From Paraphysomonas bandaiensis (taxonomy: Eukaryota; Protista; Chrysophyceae): DNA of 64,000 nt. The position numbers were made by a program, and so were the translations under genes. The notes below the pieces were generated by a model that had not been told where the DNA came from, did not search any database, and saw nothing but the letters and a program-made list of their open reading frames with translations. This document shows, one piece after another, positions 12,568 to 26,787 of the stretch; the first letter of the stretch is position 1; every line of letters starts with the position of its first letter. The stretch lies in assembly GCA_965644295.1 (NCBI GenBank), contig CBFFRP010000284.1, forward strand, positions 124,001 through 188,000, given 5' to 3'.

Positions 12568-14511
12568 TCATAAACTAGATTTACTCGAGTGCATCACAAT
12601 ATCAGGGTCCATAAACCTTACCCAATCATCATCCGTGAAAAGATTGGAGTCAATTCTACATTCATATATGTTACAAGAGTTTAAATTCACTAATATACGT
12701 ACTCTAGCAATGCTTCACGTGCCTCTGCAGCTGCAAAGAGTGATCCACATACAGCAATAACTATGCTTTTATTTTTATTCCCAGATTTTAGTGCCAACTC
12801 CCCCGATGTATGAAGCCTGTACAAAGCAGAAACTTTACATAATAGCACACTTGCTCTACTGTGTCACCTGGCTCTTTCTAGTGCAGTCAAAAGGCGCTTT
12901 CCGACAGTTCCCCCATCTCCTGCCTTTGCGAGAGTCTCGTGTTTACACGGCAGCATTAACTTGTGTTGATATGGCTCCGGGACTTTCGCCAGCATATCCA
13001 TTTCAGCTGAAAAAAATTACGGCGCGGCAAAAACTCGGATTCACACTTACAAAGTGCCCGATAATGTCGCGCCTGCACAGGCATGACTCTATCAGCAGTT
13101 TCGAGGATTTCTTGCAACATATTATCTACGTTCTTATCGCGACCGGTGCCAATAAGTACCCAAAGATGCCACTCATCAGCTGAATAGTGGGCCCGTAGAC
13201 CTTGCATACAAAGTTTCACGCTCAGTCCATTGTGACTACCGTCCAGCACTACAGTGTGACGTGCATCACAGCATCGTGATCCCGGACTTTGAACGTTAAA
13301 AGTTTCCATTCTGAAAGGAATTTAGCGAGAAAAAAATGCGTACAAACTCACCTGCACGGCCAGAAGTAGTCTTCCATTCCATCTAACGGAACCTTCAGAT
13401 GAGCACAAACAGCAGAGGCAAGAGTGCGATTTTCTATTTCCACACCAAAAGAGCCTTTTTCACTGAGAAGGCATACACTGTATATTAAGCATACAAAAAT
13501 ACAGCACCTAATCTTAACCTGCGTGCACTAATGTCGACAACATGAAGAGCGGCTTGCTTCACCTCACACTCACGTTGTAGCACTTCCATCGCGTCCGGAT
13601 GCAAATTGCTTGTCGTAAAAACTTCTGACTCTTTTTTGACAATGCCTGCACATAAATTTCATGACTTTTTCAGAACATTACTTTCACACCATACCAGCTT
13701 TGTGCCATGCAATTTCTTTTAAGGAGTTTCCCAATAAATTTTGGTGGTCATAACTTACGCTGGTAATAACGCACGCCCTTGGACTATCCACAAAATTTGT
13801 GGAATCTAGTCTGCCACCAATACCAGTCTCTAATATGACATAATCTACATTTTTCTCAGAAAAATATCTGAAAATAATCTAAGCATTAGTAAAGGGAACA
13901 CTCATGCTCTAACCTCAGCGCCATAGTGAGTAGAATGTCAAAGAAATTAACCCAATTCTCTTCAGATGTGCGTTCCAGTGCCCATTGACCAAGACGCACA
14001 AAATCCTGAATGATGTCAGCTTGTGTGATATATTGGGCACGAATATAAACCTTGTGTGATATTAATTCTCTCCCTATTTTAATCCTCTCACAAGTTGTGT
14101 GTAAATGAGGGCTGGTAAATACACCAACTTTATAGCCATGACCGCGCAGAGCGGCAGCAATATACTCACACGTAGAACCCTTTCCTTTTGTTCCAGAAAC
14201 ATGAATAAACTTCGAGTCTGTTAAACACGATCCTGATTCTCGAACAATACTCTTAAAGAATGAGATCCTTCTGTTGAATTCCTCCTTTACAGCGTCCATG
14301 TTTTTCGGCCGTCTTCTCACAGCGCTGTTAAATAAACGTGTAACGACTTTAGTATAAATTAATTCTGCTGCGCGATGTTGCCAACAAAAAAACATGAACC
14401 CTATAAGCCGTTACATGGTCTTGATGAGGTACACGATGATATATGTTGGTATGTAAACGTACCGCCAGACATCACACTGAAGGCAACCACACCGAATAAC
14501 GAGCTCTGCAT
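12568..14511 (-). CDS. FPGS: Folylpolyglutamate synthase / dihydrofolate synthase (multi-exon)
   Basis: IHVSGTKGKGST, GVFTSPHL...ERI, ETGIGGRLDSTN, VVLDGSHN and VCGSLFAAAEAR motifs. Start and end are inferred from GT-AG splicing. Confidence 0.85.
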
Positions 14512-14832
14512 TGTGATATACGTTGAGGATACTGCTTAACGGATCATTCTAATCAGTGTTTGCATAGAGAGGAATCCAGTGGTTGGAATCGTGGTGGTGT
14601 GATGCTGTGGTGTTGGCTTTCTCCTATGCATAGCAGTGTTCTCTGCATATGTCACATGGGCCCTCCATTTTTATCCCTTCCACAGCAGTACACCGCCGTA
14701 TACAGCAGTATATTACAACACCGGATATCTTCCACTACACCAATTCCAGGCTAAAAGATAAAACCCGGTTTCTCCCACTTTGCTCGGATTCACGTCGTAC
14801 TGACATGGCACGTATCGGCAGTCAGCATCTTA

Positions 14833-14962
14833 TTTTTCGGAAATTAATGGAAGCAAAATTCCTCTAAATTACTAACATACAACTACGGCTGTAATACAGA
14901 TAATTGTTGTCTCAATAAAGGAGGCATCTTTGAACAAAAATATACAAAGAATGCCAATAGGC
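14833..14962 (+). repeat. ~130-bp dispersed repeat, copy B
   Basis: Aligns with 11081-11212. Confidence 0.75.
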
Positions 14963-15089
14963 CATACCATGGGCTGCACATAAGCACTCAGAGCGACAGG
15001 ATTACATATATATTAATCGTCAATATTATGGTGGCTACCTTATTATCTGATTCTTACGATCCTTCTGTGGAGACCACACCCTTCTCATA

Positions 15090-15500
15090 TTGCAGCATTG
15101 CCTCCTTTCCACCACCACAGTATATACCCATCAACTGCAAAGAGGCGTATATTCTGCAAGTATATCGAGAGAAAATGTCAGCTAAATGCAGTTTCTCATG
15201 TAAGAGCATCGAAATCTCACTATCCAGAGCAATCATCGATCAATTTGAAAGGATTTCCTCAAGATAATACAGCAAGAGAAAGCTGCGAATCACATTGCCA
15301 GAATGAAGGTAACAAAACTATCTGAGAGCAGGATACTGGGAATCAATGCTTAGGGATTCCCACAACTGGGATGTACATTCGCTTTGCGATATCTTCTATT
15401 TGTAGTCTACCTCATTGACTATCATCACATTTCTACATTTCAACGGATACGATACGGAGCGCAGTATGAAACATATATATCTTAATGTTCATGCAGCTGC
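15090..15500 (-). pseudogene. Possible decayed 6-phosphofructokinase fragment
   Basis: The minus strand gives DDSQ*GRLQIEDIAKRMYIPVVGIPK-(fs)-ID and later QLMGIYCG, reminiscent of PFK GDGTQRGA...VVGIPKTID...KLMGR. Contains stops and frameshifts. Confidence 0.3.
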
Positions 15501-15970
15501 TCTCTTAACATTCGATTGGTGATTGAAAGACAACCTTAAAGCGAAATACCGAACACCTCTTTGTTTTTGTGTCTTCAGTCAACATTATTTTTTGACACTT
15601 CACTATTGTTACGACATACAATGCACCAATACTACTTCCACTAGATATTACATACATTTTAACTAAGTATATTTTCACTTTTCCCACCCTTACACAAAGC
15701 TTTTCCACATCACAATTGCATGCCAAATGAACTTTTGCTCAGGTTGGGGTCCATACAAATGCATAACCCTTCAGAATTCAAGATAACTACATCGCATTGC
15801 AAGCTCAACATCAACTACACCATAAGAAAAAAGTACGTCATAGTATTCCAGCACATAGAATTAAAGCTTGCCATTAGTATTATAATTAATCGAGTGTTAA
15901 TATTCTGGTACTGCCTACACTTGAAATGCATCCACAGTATCCATACCTATAATACACCTAGAGCACACAA

Positions 15971-17204
15971 TTAAACCTTCGAGTAATCCAGCTTCGATTC
16001 GAGTTTCTTTGATTCCGCAATCTTTCTGGCAGCTTTCATGAAGTCTTCCTCTAGAACATAGTCCCTGTCTGAGCGAATCGCGAAGAGGCCAGCCTCGGTA
16101 CAGATGTTACGCAAATCAGCGCCGTTAAAACCATCTGCAAGCTTAACTACGCTATCGTAGTCTATATCACCACGTTTCGTGATGGATGCAGCATGTATTT
16201 TTAAAATCTCCAATCGGGATGCTTCATTGGGCAAGGGGATCTCGATCTTGCGGTCCAAACGTCCTGGCCTCAGTAGTGCTGGATCAAGAATATCAGGCCT
16301 GTTAGTTGCCATCACTATTTTAACTGCGCCTAGACTCTCAAAACCATCAAGTTGATTGAGGAGCTCCATGAGAGTTCGCTGGATCTCTCTGTCCGCTGAC
16401 GTACCTTCCGAGAATCGAGAGCCTCCGATTGCGTCGATCTCATCCATGAATATTACGCACGGCTGGTGGTCCTTAGCATACCCGAACATTTCGCGAATGA
16501 TACGGGAACTCTCTCCAATGTATTTGTCTACAATTGCTGATGCAACAACTTTAAGAAAAGTTCCATTGATATTTGACGCAAGGGCCCGAGCAAGAAGGGT
16601 CTTCCCTGTCCCAGGAGGGCCATATAAGAGAACACCTTTAGGAGCCTTGATGCCCACGCGGATAAAGAGCTCGGGGTTTGTAAGTGGCAACTCAATTACT
16701 TCACGCAACTCGCGAACTTGTTCGTTAAGACCACCAATATCTGAGAAACCCACACCCGCCGCTTCCTGCTCGCTAAGCATGTTAAACACAGTAGGATCCA
16801 CTTCTCTTGGCATTGGTCTCATTATAGTTAGAGTAGTCATATCCAACGAAACCCGAGTTCCTGGTTTTAATTTAGACTTATCCAGCTTTGTTCGGCACCC
16901 CACCACATATCTAGGACCAGATGATGCCTTTACAATGAACCTTTCGTCATCCATTTGCTTTAACACATCCCCAATCAACTGCCCCACACTTTGAATGGCT
17001 TTCAAGTCTTCTTCAGTTCTTTTATACTCTGCTACGAGATCTTTAACATCTTGTCTCATTTTCTTAACACTATAAATAAAAGTAACGGGTAGAAACAGGA
17101 TGTATATGTGTATGCACGTACTTGGCCTCGATTTCACGATGCTCCATTATTTTGGCTCTGTAAGCCGCAACGGCTTGGGCTCTTTCATCAGTTGGGTCTA
17201 CCAT
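15971..17204 (-). CDS. RPT4: 26S proteasome regulatory ATPase RPT4/PSMC6 (one intron ~17071-17121)
   Basis: [51 protein letters not shown] and KKLESKLDY motifs. First exon is [27 protein letters not shown]. Confidence 0.95.
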
Positions 17205-17678
17205 ACTTCTATTTCAATATAAGGCTGCTCGGTTAGTGTCCTATTAACGCTTATAGGGTCGAGTTGATAGTGAGCTTTCTTTCCTTCGATATATTTATAT
17301 ATGTATATGTATGTATATGTTGTGCATAGTACACGAGATGCAGACATACATACACACAACAACTAGAAATACACACACACAGAGCAGCAACAGTGCAGTG
17401 TAGGACTCTACAGCAGTAGAGTATGTATAGAGGACTACAGGACAAAATACAGTGTGTATACTGCTGTATATACCGTATACATGTACATACATATATGGAA
17501 TATATCATCCACAGCACATATAACAGACAGCTACACATCTCTTCATATATACATACATACATATATATATAGAGAGAGAGCATCTGAGCGTTCACATTCA
17601 TTGTAGCATCGATATCATGTGCGGTGAAACCAATAGCAGTATTTAGTCGCTTGTATTTGTGTGAGTGTATAAGTAGCT

Positions 17679-20600
17679 ATGGATGATTTAGAGATTGAGT
17701 TAGAGGAGCTCAGAGAGAAGTATGAGGCCCTTCAGAGGGAAATGGACATCGTACAGGAGGAGAGAGACGCTCAAGTGAGTCATTTGGAGTCAAAAATGGC
17801 TTCTGAGAAGGCTGCGCTTGAAAAGGAGTGGAAGGGAAAGCTGCACGATATGGATAAAGCCTGCAGGAAAGAGATAAACGATATGTCTGAAGAACTCGAC
17901 ACGATGAGAGTCGCTTTCAATGGAGATGCCAGTGGATGGGTTGCTAAGAAAACAAAGACGGGAAGAGAATATTACGAAAACCTTGAAACAGGCGAAACTA
18001 GAGAGGAGATGCCAGAAGTGCTATACGTTGCAGAGCGTATGTCCAAAGCAGATAAGGCTGATGAATACTTGGATGAATTACAAAAGCTACGTGAGAAGTT
18101 CAAAGACGCAGAAATGAAAAAACGTGAGGCAGAAAACAATTTAAATAAGGCTAGAATGGACATAAATAACTTGCGAACACTGGAGAAAGGCTGGCGGGAA
18201 GCGTCAAAAAGCCTTTCCCAAGAGTTGACAAGGACTGTGAAGTCGTTTGATACCCAGGCTGATGATATAGTTAATGGCATGGGCCGAATGGCGCATGGCA
18301 GCATGCGCCTGTCAACACGAATCCCGGGCGTGCGTAAAGTTACTGCCCTCGTTGCGAAGCTTCAAGACAAGATAGCCACTCAAGAGCAGACTATAAAAAC
18401 GCTTAATGCCAAAAACCGTCAATTGCAGAATGAATTGGATGAGGCGCTAGCTAAGGTGAAACGTTTGTCTGGTGGTATAGAGGAGGAAGTTGAGCGGTTA
18501 GTGAAGAGTATGCGAGAGAAGGTTGCGGATTGTATGGTGCAGGTAATGAAGGAAAAGGCCGCTCGAGCACAGGAGCGTCGACAAATGGCAGACCTTTGGC
18601 CTAAGACCCATATCATGCCTACACTTCTGATGCAGCACCGTGCGCTAGATGACGATGAAATCGCCCGACGACTGAAACGCTCACGGGATATAGAGGCTTC
18701 GAAGGCCCTTGCTCTGGAGATCCGCAAAAATGTATCGGAGAGTAGGAAGTGGACAACGGAATATGACGAATACGGTCGTCAATTCTTCCAACATTCCGAG
18801 ACTGGGGAGACGGAGTGGGAAGAGCCACCCATCATGTCCTACAAGCCCCCTCCCGGAAGAGACGAAATGGGTAATCCCACGCACACAGAAGAGGACCTCA
18901 TGAAGGGTTGGGTAATGAAGACCGACTATAAAGGAGTGGTGTACTATGAGGCTGAGAATACAGGGGAGATCACCTATGACGCGCCATCTTCTTTTAGACA
19001 TATCCCTCCAGGGCGTGAACCAGAGCTCTTCGTTGGGGAGGCTGCGAATATTGTGCTCACTTATATAAAGGGAAAAATTGCCAAGCATGTAGGTCGTATG
19101 GAGAAACAAAAGGCGAAGGAGCGGGGAGAAGAGGTCGAGGGGGCTGAGGAAGAGGAAGAGGAGAACGATAGCGATGACCTATCAAAATACCTCTACGATA
19201 TCGAGACTGTGGAGATGCTGGCCGACGTTTTCGCGGCATCTTTGGCGAAGCCCCAAAAAGGCGCGAAAAAGGGTGAGGTTGCGAAGGAGGTTTTCAAGGA
19301 TCCAAGGCCAGAGGAAGAAGGATACGAAGGAACAGGGGGAGTGTTGGCTATGGAGGGCATGCACGAGCCGAAGGAGAACTATATGGGGCCTACGCTAGCT
19401 GATGTGGACGTTACAGAGGCGTCATTCTCGCAGATCCGTGACATTGTGGAACTGTATTCAACCCTAGAGGAAAAGCTTGAACGACGACTGGTTGAAACAC
19501 GGGGGCAGCTGAAGGATTTTTCCTTCGTGTTGTGTGATATGATGGACCAGAAGCGACGCGAGAAGGCCGAAGAGTTGCGGATCCACAACGAGCAGCAACA
19601 GGCTGAGGAGAAGATGCAGCAACGAATGTTAAAGAAACAAGAGACTATCCAGCTCCTGGAAATGAAACGCGAAGCATCAGCCAGGGGAATATCGTTGGAA
19701 GATGTACAAAAAGAGAGGTCCGCTAGGCGACTTCTGTCTCATGACGATGAGATGTCATCCTTGGGTGGCGATTTCAGTGCGACAGGGGGCGAAGAGGAGA
19801 AGAAGGCGTATACAGATGGGAGAGGAACCCCAAAAGCTGAGGCTCTAGAGGAAGGTGACGAAGAGAAGCGAGATGAAGTTGAAGTGGCTGCTGATTCTGG
19901 TGCTGCCGAGTCTAAAGCGGATAGAGCAGAGGTAGACGAGGCCAAACCTTTGGAGGGCGAGTCACCTACTGGTGTTCCGGCGGAAGGGGTTGTGGAAGAG
20001 AAGCTACCAACACCTTTGCCGCAGGACGGAATGAGTGTACATGCACCGCCCTCGCGGATGCTATCGGCAGAGGAAAAAGGGTCCTGTGGCATGAGCAGAG
20101 ATGAAATGCCATTGATAAATGATAGTAGTGGGGACAGTGTAGTACTCGTTATGGGTGATCCTGATATTGGGTTTGATGCTCCTGCGGACGATACAGGCGT
20201 GAAATATTCCAAGGAGATATTGGATACTACACAGAACTTAGTAAACTTCTCGCTCTTCTGTGGGTACAACAACCTTCGCATGGACCTAACTCCTGAGGAC
20301 CAGACGTACGAAATATCATTACCAGAGCACGGGGAGGTGGATAGTGACGACAAATGGCTCACACATTCGTTCTTCCTCAATATTACGAAGGAACGCGTCG
20401 ATGGAATCAGGGAGGCCACCAGTAAGGTGTTCGATCCGGTATTACATAGTCTGGACTCCAAGCCACTCAATACCTTGAAACTAATTTACAGTGCTATGGA
20501 CGTGCGTAAGCATGAGACTAGACAACTTGTGAGTATGATAAATAGCTTGAACATAACCTTTTCTCACCGTTTTGATCACTAGGACGATCCGTACACACCG

Positions 20601-23600
20601 AGGGTCCTTTTCACACACGACGGACTTCGTCGAGAGCATGCCCTTTGGAAGGCGCGACAAATTATGAGCGAGGTTCTTCGTTTTCAGATTCAGCAGGAAG
20701 CAGTCAAAGAAGGCCACGACAGGAAGGATGTCGTCACTCGCAACTTTGTGGAGAGCAAAGGGTCACACCTTTACATGGCACCTAACCCTACAGACTCGAG
20801 AGCCAATAACGCCCTTGCCGACCTCAAGGTGATATCTGTGATTGGAAAAGATATAGTATTCGAAGGGGGTGGTAGACATATAATATACATTCGCTTTACT
20901 GTCGGCTGTTGGACGGCCAAGACCGTAGCCAAACCCCTGTTGAGCAAGAAACTAAACTGGGAAGACGTAAATATTTCTCTGACCCTCCCAAAACAACGAC
21001 TGCACAGCGACGAAGTGCGTGTAGAGTTGTTTGATGAGAATGAGCTCCGCCAAGACATATGTGTTGGAATGGCAACTAGCCCATTGTCGGTTCTGATGCA
21101 GAAGAATGCAGGAGATCCTGTTGCTTTGGACTTCGATATCAAGGACAGATTCAATGTGCACAGTGGAAACCTGTCGATTACTTTTATAGTAGATCATAGG
21201 GACGATCTAACTGCAGAATCATGCGGAGATAGTGTTCGTGAACATAATAGAGTCAAACTGTCTGAAGAGACTGGGAAGTCAAATTCTACAGTTCGTACTG
21301 TGAACATTGGGGTATCTGTTGGGGATCCTTTAAGCGATAAACATCCTTCTCTCGTGGAAAGTCAAACTTCATTCGCAACTCTTGTAGATGATCTCAGGGG
21401 AGACGGTGCTGATCATGTGAAGCGACTGATTGGGGATATTCATGTGGAAGAAGTGCTGAAACTTGGACACCGAGTGGTTATAAATTCTATGAAGGTGAGT
21501 AAAATATCTCATGTTTTGCTCATATTGATGTTTGTTTCGTAGAAATTGCCTAATTTTAAAATTGCGAACAAGTTCCTGGAGACTAAAGCTAAACTGCATT
21601 ATCATGATGTTAATAACTTCGTTGATGAAACTCAGGAATTATACGTGCTGATTGAACGTGAAATCAAGTTAAAACTTCAAGAAATTGCTAAAAAGAAGGA
21701 GGATTCATCCACTAAGTACCAGACTATGTTAAACAAAAACGCTGACATTTTAGAGGAAGTTAAGAAGATAAATGCCAAGGTAGCTGAAGTTCGAGACCCC
21801 GTTGAGCCTCCTAAAGAGCCTGTATTTGAGCCTTTTCCAGACCTACCATACGTTCCGGAGTTGCCGAAGACGACGGGTCTAGACTCTAAAGGCAAGAAGA
21901 AAAAAGACATGAAAGGCTCTGATATCAAGAAACTAGCGGCTGCTGCTTTGGCTGGAGAACTTGATCAGAAGCCGTGGGATTTCGGAGAGCGTTGGCCGAA
22001 CAATTCTCAAATGACAACTCTAAAGAAAGCAGCTGATACTCGTAACAAAGAAATGGATGAGGAACGAGCGAAGGAGCAGGCCGCTCGAGACCGTGCTATG
22101 GAGTTTTTTACCTCGGCGATGCAGAAATGGGAAATAGAGGACAGAGCTCGGAGGAATGAGTATGAGCGCATGAAGAAAGAGTCTAGAAGAATATACCTAA
22201 AGCTGGACTGCGTCAATGAGCGACAGGCTATCATGCATAAAGAGGTTGCTGGGTACGAGGAAGAGGCGGCTGTGTGGACGCGATTCTTGGATTTCCATAT
22301 GCAGTCAAAGGAGAGGGTGGCTGTGATGCGTGCTAAGCAGCATATGGAAAATGAGCGACAAAAAAGCGTAATGAAAAATATGACTAAGAAATTGTTGGCT
22401 TTATTAGATGCACGCCGACGTGCATACAATCTACCACTAACTGCGTTGAACGAAGTTGAATACCAGGAGTTCTGTGAAAAAGCAGACATTGCTTTAAGAA
22501 CCCTTCGTTTTGAAATCTTAGATTGCAAGCAGCAGCTAATTGCTGAAGGTGTGCGGTTGAGAAACACCTACGATGAGGAGATTTGCTGCTTGAAAAGTGA
22601 GCTCAGCCGCACAAGAATGTTGAGGGAAGTACTGAAGCAAAAGAATTGCATCGATCAGATAGTAGATAGACACAAATACGAGGCGTACAACTTGCTGGAG
22701 GATATGGAAAAGTTGAAGCTAGTAGAGGCTGACAAGGACGACAGAGGAGTTGACGATACTATCGATGACATGGGAGAAAGATACAAAATTGATAAAGTTT
22801 GGTCGAGTCCTGAGATAACTAAGACGAAGAAAATGGTAGACCTGATAATGGGCAAAATCAACCTCACGCAAGGAATGAAAGATTCTGCTGCTATGAGTCA
22901 GCAATGCCTCTTCGAAGTGATGTCAGTTAAGTGGGCTGTTGAATTTGCGCCAGTAAGGGACTCGTGGTGCGAAAACTCAGACTACGAAAGGTCTCAAAAG
23001 TATCTATACGATATGGTGCAGTGGCTTGCCTTGCAGAGAGAAAAGTTAGCCGAGCGAGAGCAGGAGTTTGAGTTGGTGAAGGAACGGGCCAAAATAGAGT
23101 TATTAGCAGTGCAAGATTATATGAAAGTGTCCCGTGAATGTCATGATACGGATACAACTTTGATAACTGAAAGTTCGTCCAAAGTCATCGACGTTGTTCG
23201 AGAACAAATGGTTAAACGAGATGCAGAGTATAAGAAGCATATCTTATCGCTCGAAGAAAATATAACGAATCTTTCCAGAGAATGTCATGAAGTCCGGGAA
23301 GAAAAATACAAACAAGCCCTAAATTTTAACAGCAAAGTTGAATCACTGCTTTCTCTTGTTGCGACTCTGCAAACTACCCTGGAACACCAGTCTGCAGTCA
23401 TGGAAATGGTCAAAGAAGAGCGAGATGAAGTTGTTCTTAAAACTCGTCTGGCATCGGACAGGTTACGTTATCAATTGAGACTAGAAAGGAAGCACTGCGC
23501 GAACCTGTTGTTTATTATACATGCCCAGCGAGCTGTCGTGCAGCGGTTAAACCTCTCTATTACCCAAGGACAAGACCTCCTGGCGGAAAAGGAAAAGCAG

Positions 23601-26180
23601 TGGAAGGCAGAGAGAAGAGAACTCAGGTTGAAAATATGGGAGCAAATGTTCGCTTTTGCTCGTCTTAATACAGACGTTGATGACCTCTTCGAATTCTTTG
23701 CGTGTCGCGTAGCCAATTTATCTGGTGCCCGAAAGTCGATTAATGATAGATTGCGGGAAAATGGGGCTGCTTTGGTGTTCTCAGCCATGTGTCGCAGCCC
23801 ACGTCAGCTTATTCGTAAGTATGCCTCACGAGCGCTTGCAGGCATTGGTTGGGACGGCTACGTTGAGACAAGGGTGATAATGTGGGACTGCATGATGCAG
23901 TGGAAGGTTTACAAAGACCGTATATTGGCAGAGGACAATTCAAGGTTCGACCACGTGCAAGAGCACTTTGTAGAGACAGGGTCAACGGCGGCACTCGCTA
24001 ACTTTGAGCCGCCCCCACCTCAGGAAACTGAATTTCAGCCTGCCCCTAATGCCAGTCTTCGCACTATTATAAAACAGAAAAGACAATGGGCGTTGCGAGC
24101 TCAAAGAAGAAGAGAGGGGCCTAATCTCGAAAATATGCGGAAAATCAACATGGTGGATGGAATCATTCCAACACTTATATCACTTTGTAATGAGGACGGT
24201 AAAGTAGATTGGGAGATCGTGCGTAATGCATCTTTGGCTATCAGTGTTGCCTCCTACGAGGAGGCTAATCTAAACGAAATGGTTGACAACAGTAGCTGTA
24301 TTAACTTGGTGACACGGCTGTGTCGTGATGACGACGCAGAGATCAAAACGCACGGTGCAGTCATTTTAGCTAATATGTGCCATGAAAACGAGCACGCACA
24401 GATTATGTTCGGGCAAGAGGGTGCAATCCGAGTACTACTCGACATGTGTGCATCGTCTATTCCGGACACAATTGAGGCGGCTACTGCCGCACTTACAAAC
24501 TTGACCTGCTTGTGTGATCCTAATTGCCTGAAGTTCCTTGAAGAAGGCGGTGTGGAGGAAATGGTGAAGCTTCTGACAAGTGTGCGCAGCGAAAACTTCA
24601 TGGACACTGATCAGAATGACGAGGTCCAATCCAATGCCTCAGAGATACTAGCGAATATTAGCAGATTTGACTGTGATCTGACCATTCAACACTTCAATGG
24701 AAATGTGATCGATGTGTTGATTCTGGCGTGTGCATCTGTGAATTCTATGGTGAGGAAGCATTGCCCGCTTATCCTGGGCAACATTTCGCAAAGCGAGTGG
24801 TGCCGAAGCGAGATTGGAAAGCGGGGAGGAATTGAAGCTTTGTTTCTTGCTTTAGAAGACAAGGACCGAGCTATCCAGGCGAATGTGTTGTGGGCGCTAT
24901 GCAATTTAATGTGGCACCCTCCCAATCAGGAGAGAGCGGGCAGGTTCATTGCTGAAATTATCCCGTTCTTAACTTTCCCGTGGCTACCAGTGCAGACGAA
25001 CGCGTGTATATTGATTGCCAACGTTTTGTATTACAATAATCCAAATCGCGTTCGGTTTCTCGAGTTCGAGGGATCGATGGAGCTCCTAGTGGACTTAGTG
25101 CGGAAAAACAGTGACTGGGCAGTCACCGAAGCATGCCTTCGTGCACTACTGTCGGTGTCATATATTGATGCTGCAAGCTTATGGCTTGGGACGGACGGAG
25201 ACTGCGTTGAGCTATTCGTTGAGTATCTACAGCCACATGTAATTCCTACGCAGAGTTTTTGTTCCCGATATGCATTGGAGATTATAAATAACATGTGCGT
25301 TCACCACACCGTGCGCCGTAAAATTCTAGACACAGGGGGAACAGATAGTGTCGTTGCAATGCTCGCGCATGAGGATGTTAACGTTCAGGAGACAGCACTG
25401 CAGGTCATTGGCCTTCTAGAGGATGTTACTCCGCCTGAAGTCCTGGCTAAAGCAAAGAAGGACATGGGCATTGAGCGCATGGTCACTCTAACCTCTGACA
25501 AGGATCCTTTAGTGCGTGCAGTGGCTGCCGAGTCCGTTGGTGAGGAGGTATGGCGTGATCCGAATAAGCAGAAGGTGGTAAATGAGCTTGGTGGAGTGGA
25601 GAGTCTACTGGCGATATGCAAGAATCCGACTGAGAATCTGACATCCGTACTGCCAGCGCTTTGGTCCCTGCGTAATTGCCTGCACAACAATCCCACTGGG
25701 CAGATGCAATTTAGAGAATGTGATGGGTGTATGATTGTAATGCGCGTTCTTAATCGGTGCTTGACCGGCGAATTCACAGATCAGAGTGAGAAGGTATTCG
25801 AGTCTTGTCTTGCCTGTCTTTTTGCCGCGATTCACAGCCACGAGCGAAATTCGAGACGCCTGCTTCAAGTGGGACTTGACATGCTGATGGATTTGGCGGA
25901 AGGTCGACTGGCAGATTCAGTCGGTGCCTCAAAAGAGGTACGGAAGGGATTGAGTGCTGTTGGAGTTGTCGCACTAGCAAAATCTATTCTTTCGGCTCTT
26001 GGACCTTACAATTACGTAGTTTGTAAAAATTGTCACAAAAGGCAAAATCTTTGTGGAACTCATTGTATATCGTGTGGCTATTTATTTTTCGTTGATATGT
26101 CGATGGATGGCATGGATGGAAAGGGAAAAGAGGGGTCTGCTAAGTATGATAAACGGAAGGTACGGAAACCCTTTAAATAG
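17679..26180 (+). CDS. ~2799-aa coiled-coil / WW x3 / C2 / armadillo-repeat protein with a C-terminal Cys4 zinc ribbon (3 exons)
   Basis: Introns 20529-20582 and 21495-21542 join three ORFs in frame. WW-like segments (WTTEYDEYGRQFFQHSETGETEWEEP), a C2-like segment (VELFDENELRQDICVG), ARM repeats (GGIEALF...ANVLWALCNL) and CKNC...CISC. Confidence 0.85.
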
Positions 26181-26787
26181 GGAAAAACATTTTATTGATA
26201 TTTGTATAGTAATAAAGTATTGATGCGAATACAGGACATTGCTTTTTTACTTATTTATATGTTAGTAAATAGTATAAAACGCGTGTCTGAATGGGAACAC
26301 TCTGTCATGTGAAAAATACAGTGGTTGGCAGCAGTAGTAATACAAAGCAACGATTTAGCGCAACCAGTTCATAAGAATGAGTGTTAAATTGGATATCAAC
26401 AACGTAAGCTGCAAATAAGATTAAAGGTTAGTCTTGGTATTTAGTAAGGATACACTTGATATTATTAGAGATAAAGATTGAGTGATAAGGCCTAATAGTA
26501 TAATAGCAAGACACGTTTGAGCAGAGCGTTAGCACCACACACATGTGCGTATCTTGTATAGTCGCGTAATAGCTTAGTAATTATTCAGTCTATTTAGTAT
26601 TTCATCGTACATGTGTTGCATTCACGCGTTAAGGGATATAACGTGAATCAATGACTCTTAATAGATGCGATTATAAACCTTTTCTGTAGAGCTACAACGT
26701 ACAACCTCATCATATGGCTATCAAATTTTGACATTGTGTATTGGCTTTGGAACATTTTGTTGGTTTAGATCGTTAAAGAAAAGTGAT

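Noticed and set aside
16356-16994. Long antisense ORFs over RPT4 and other large genes
   Set aside because: Shadow ORFs on the opposite strand of well-supported genes.
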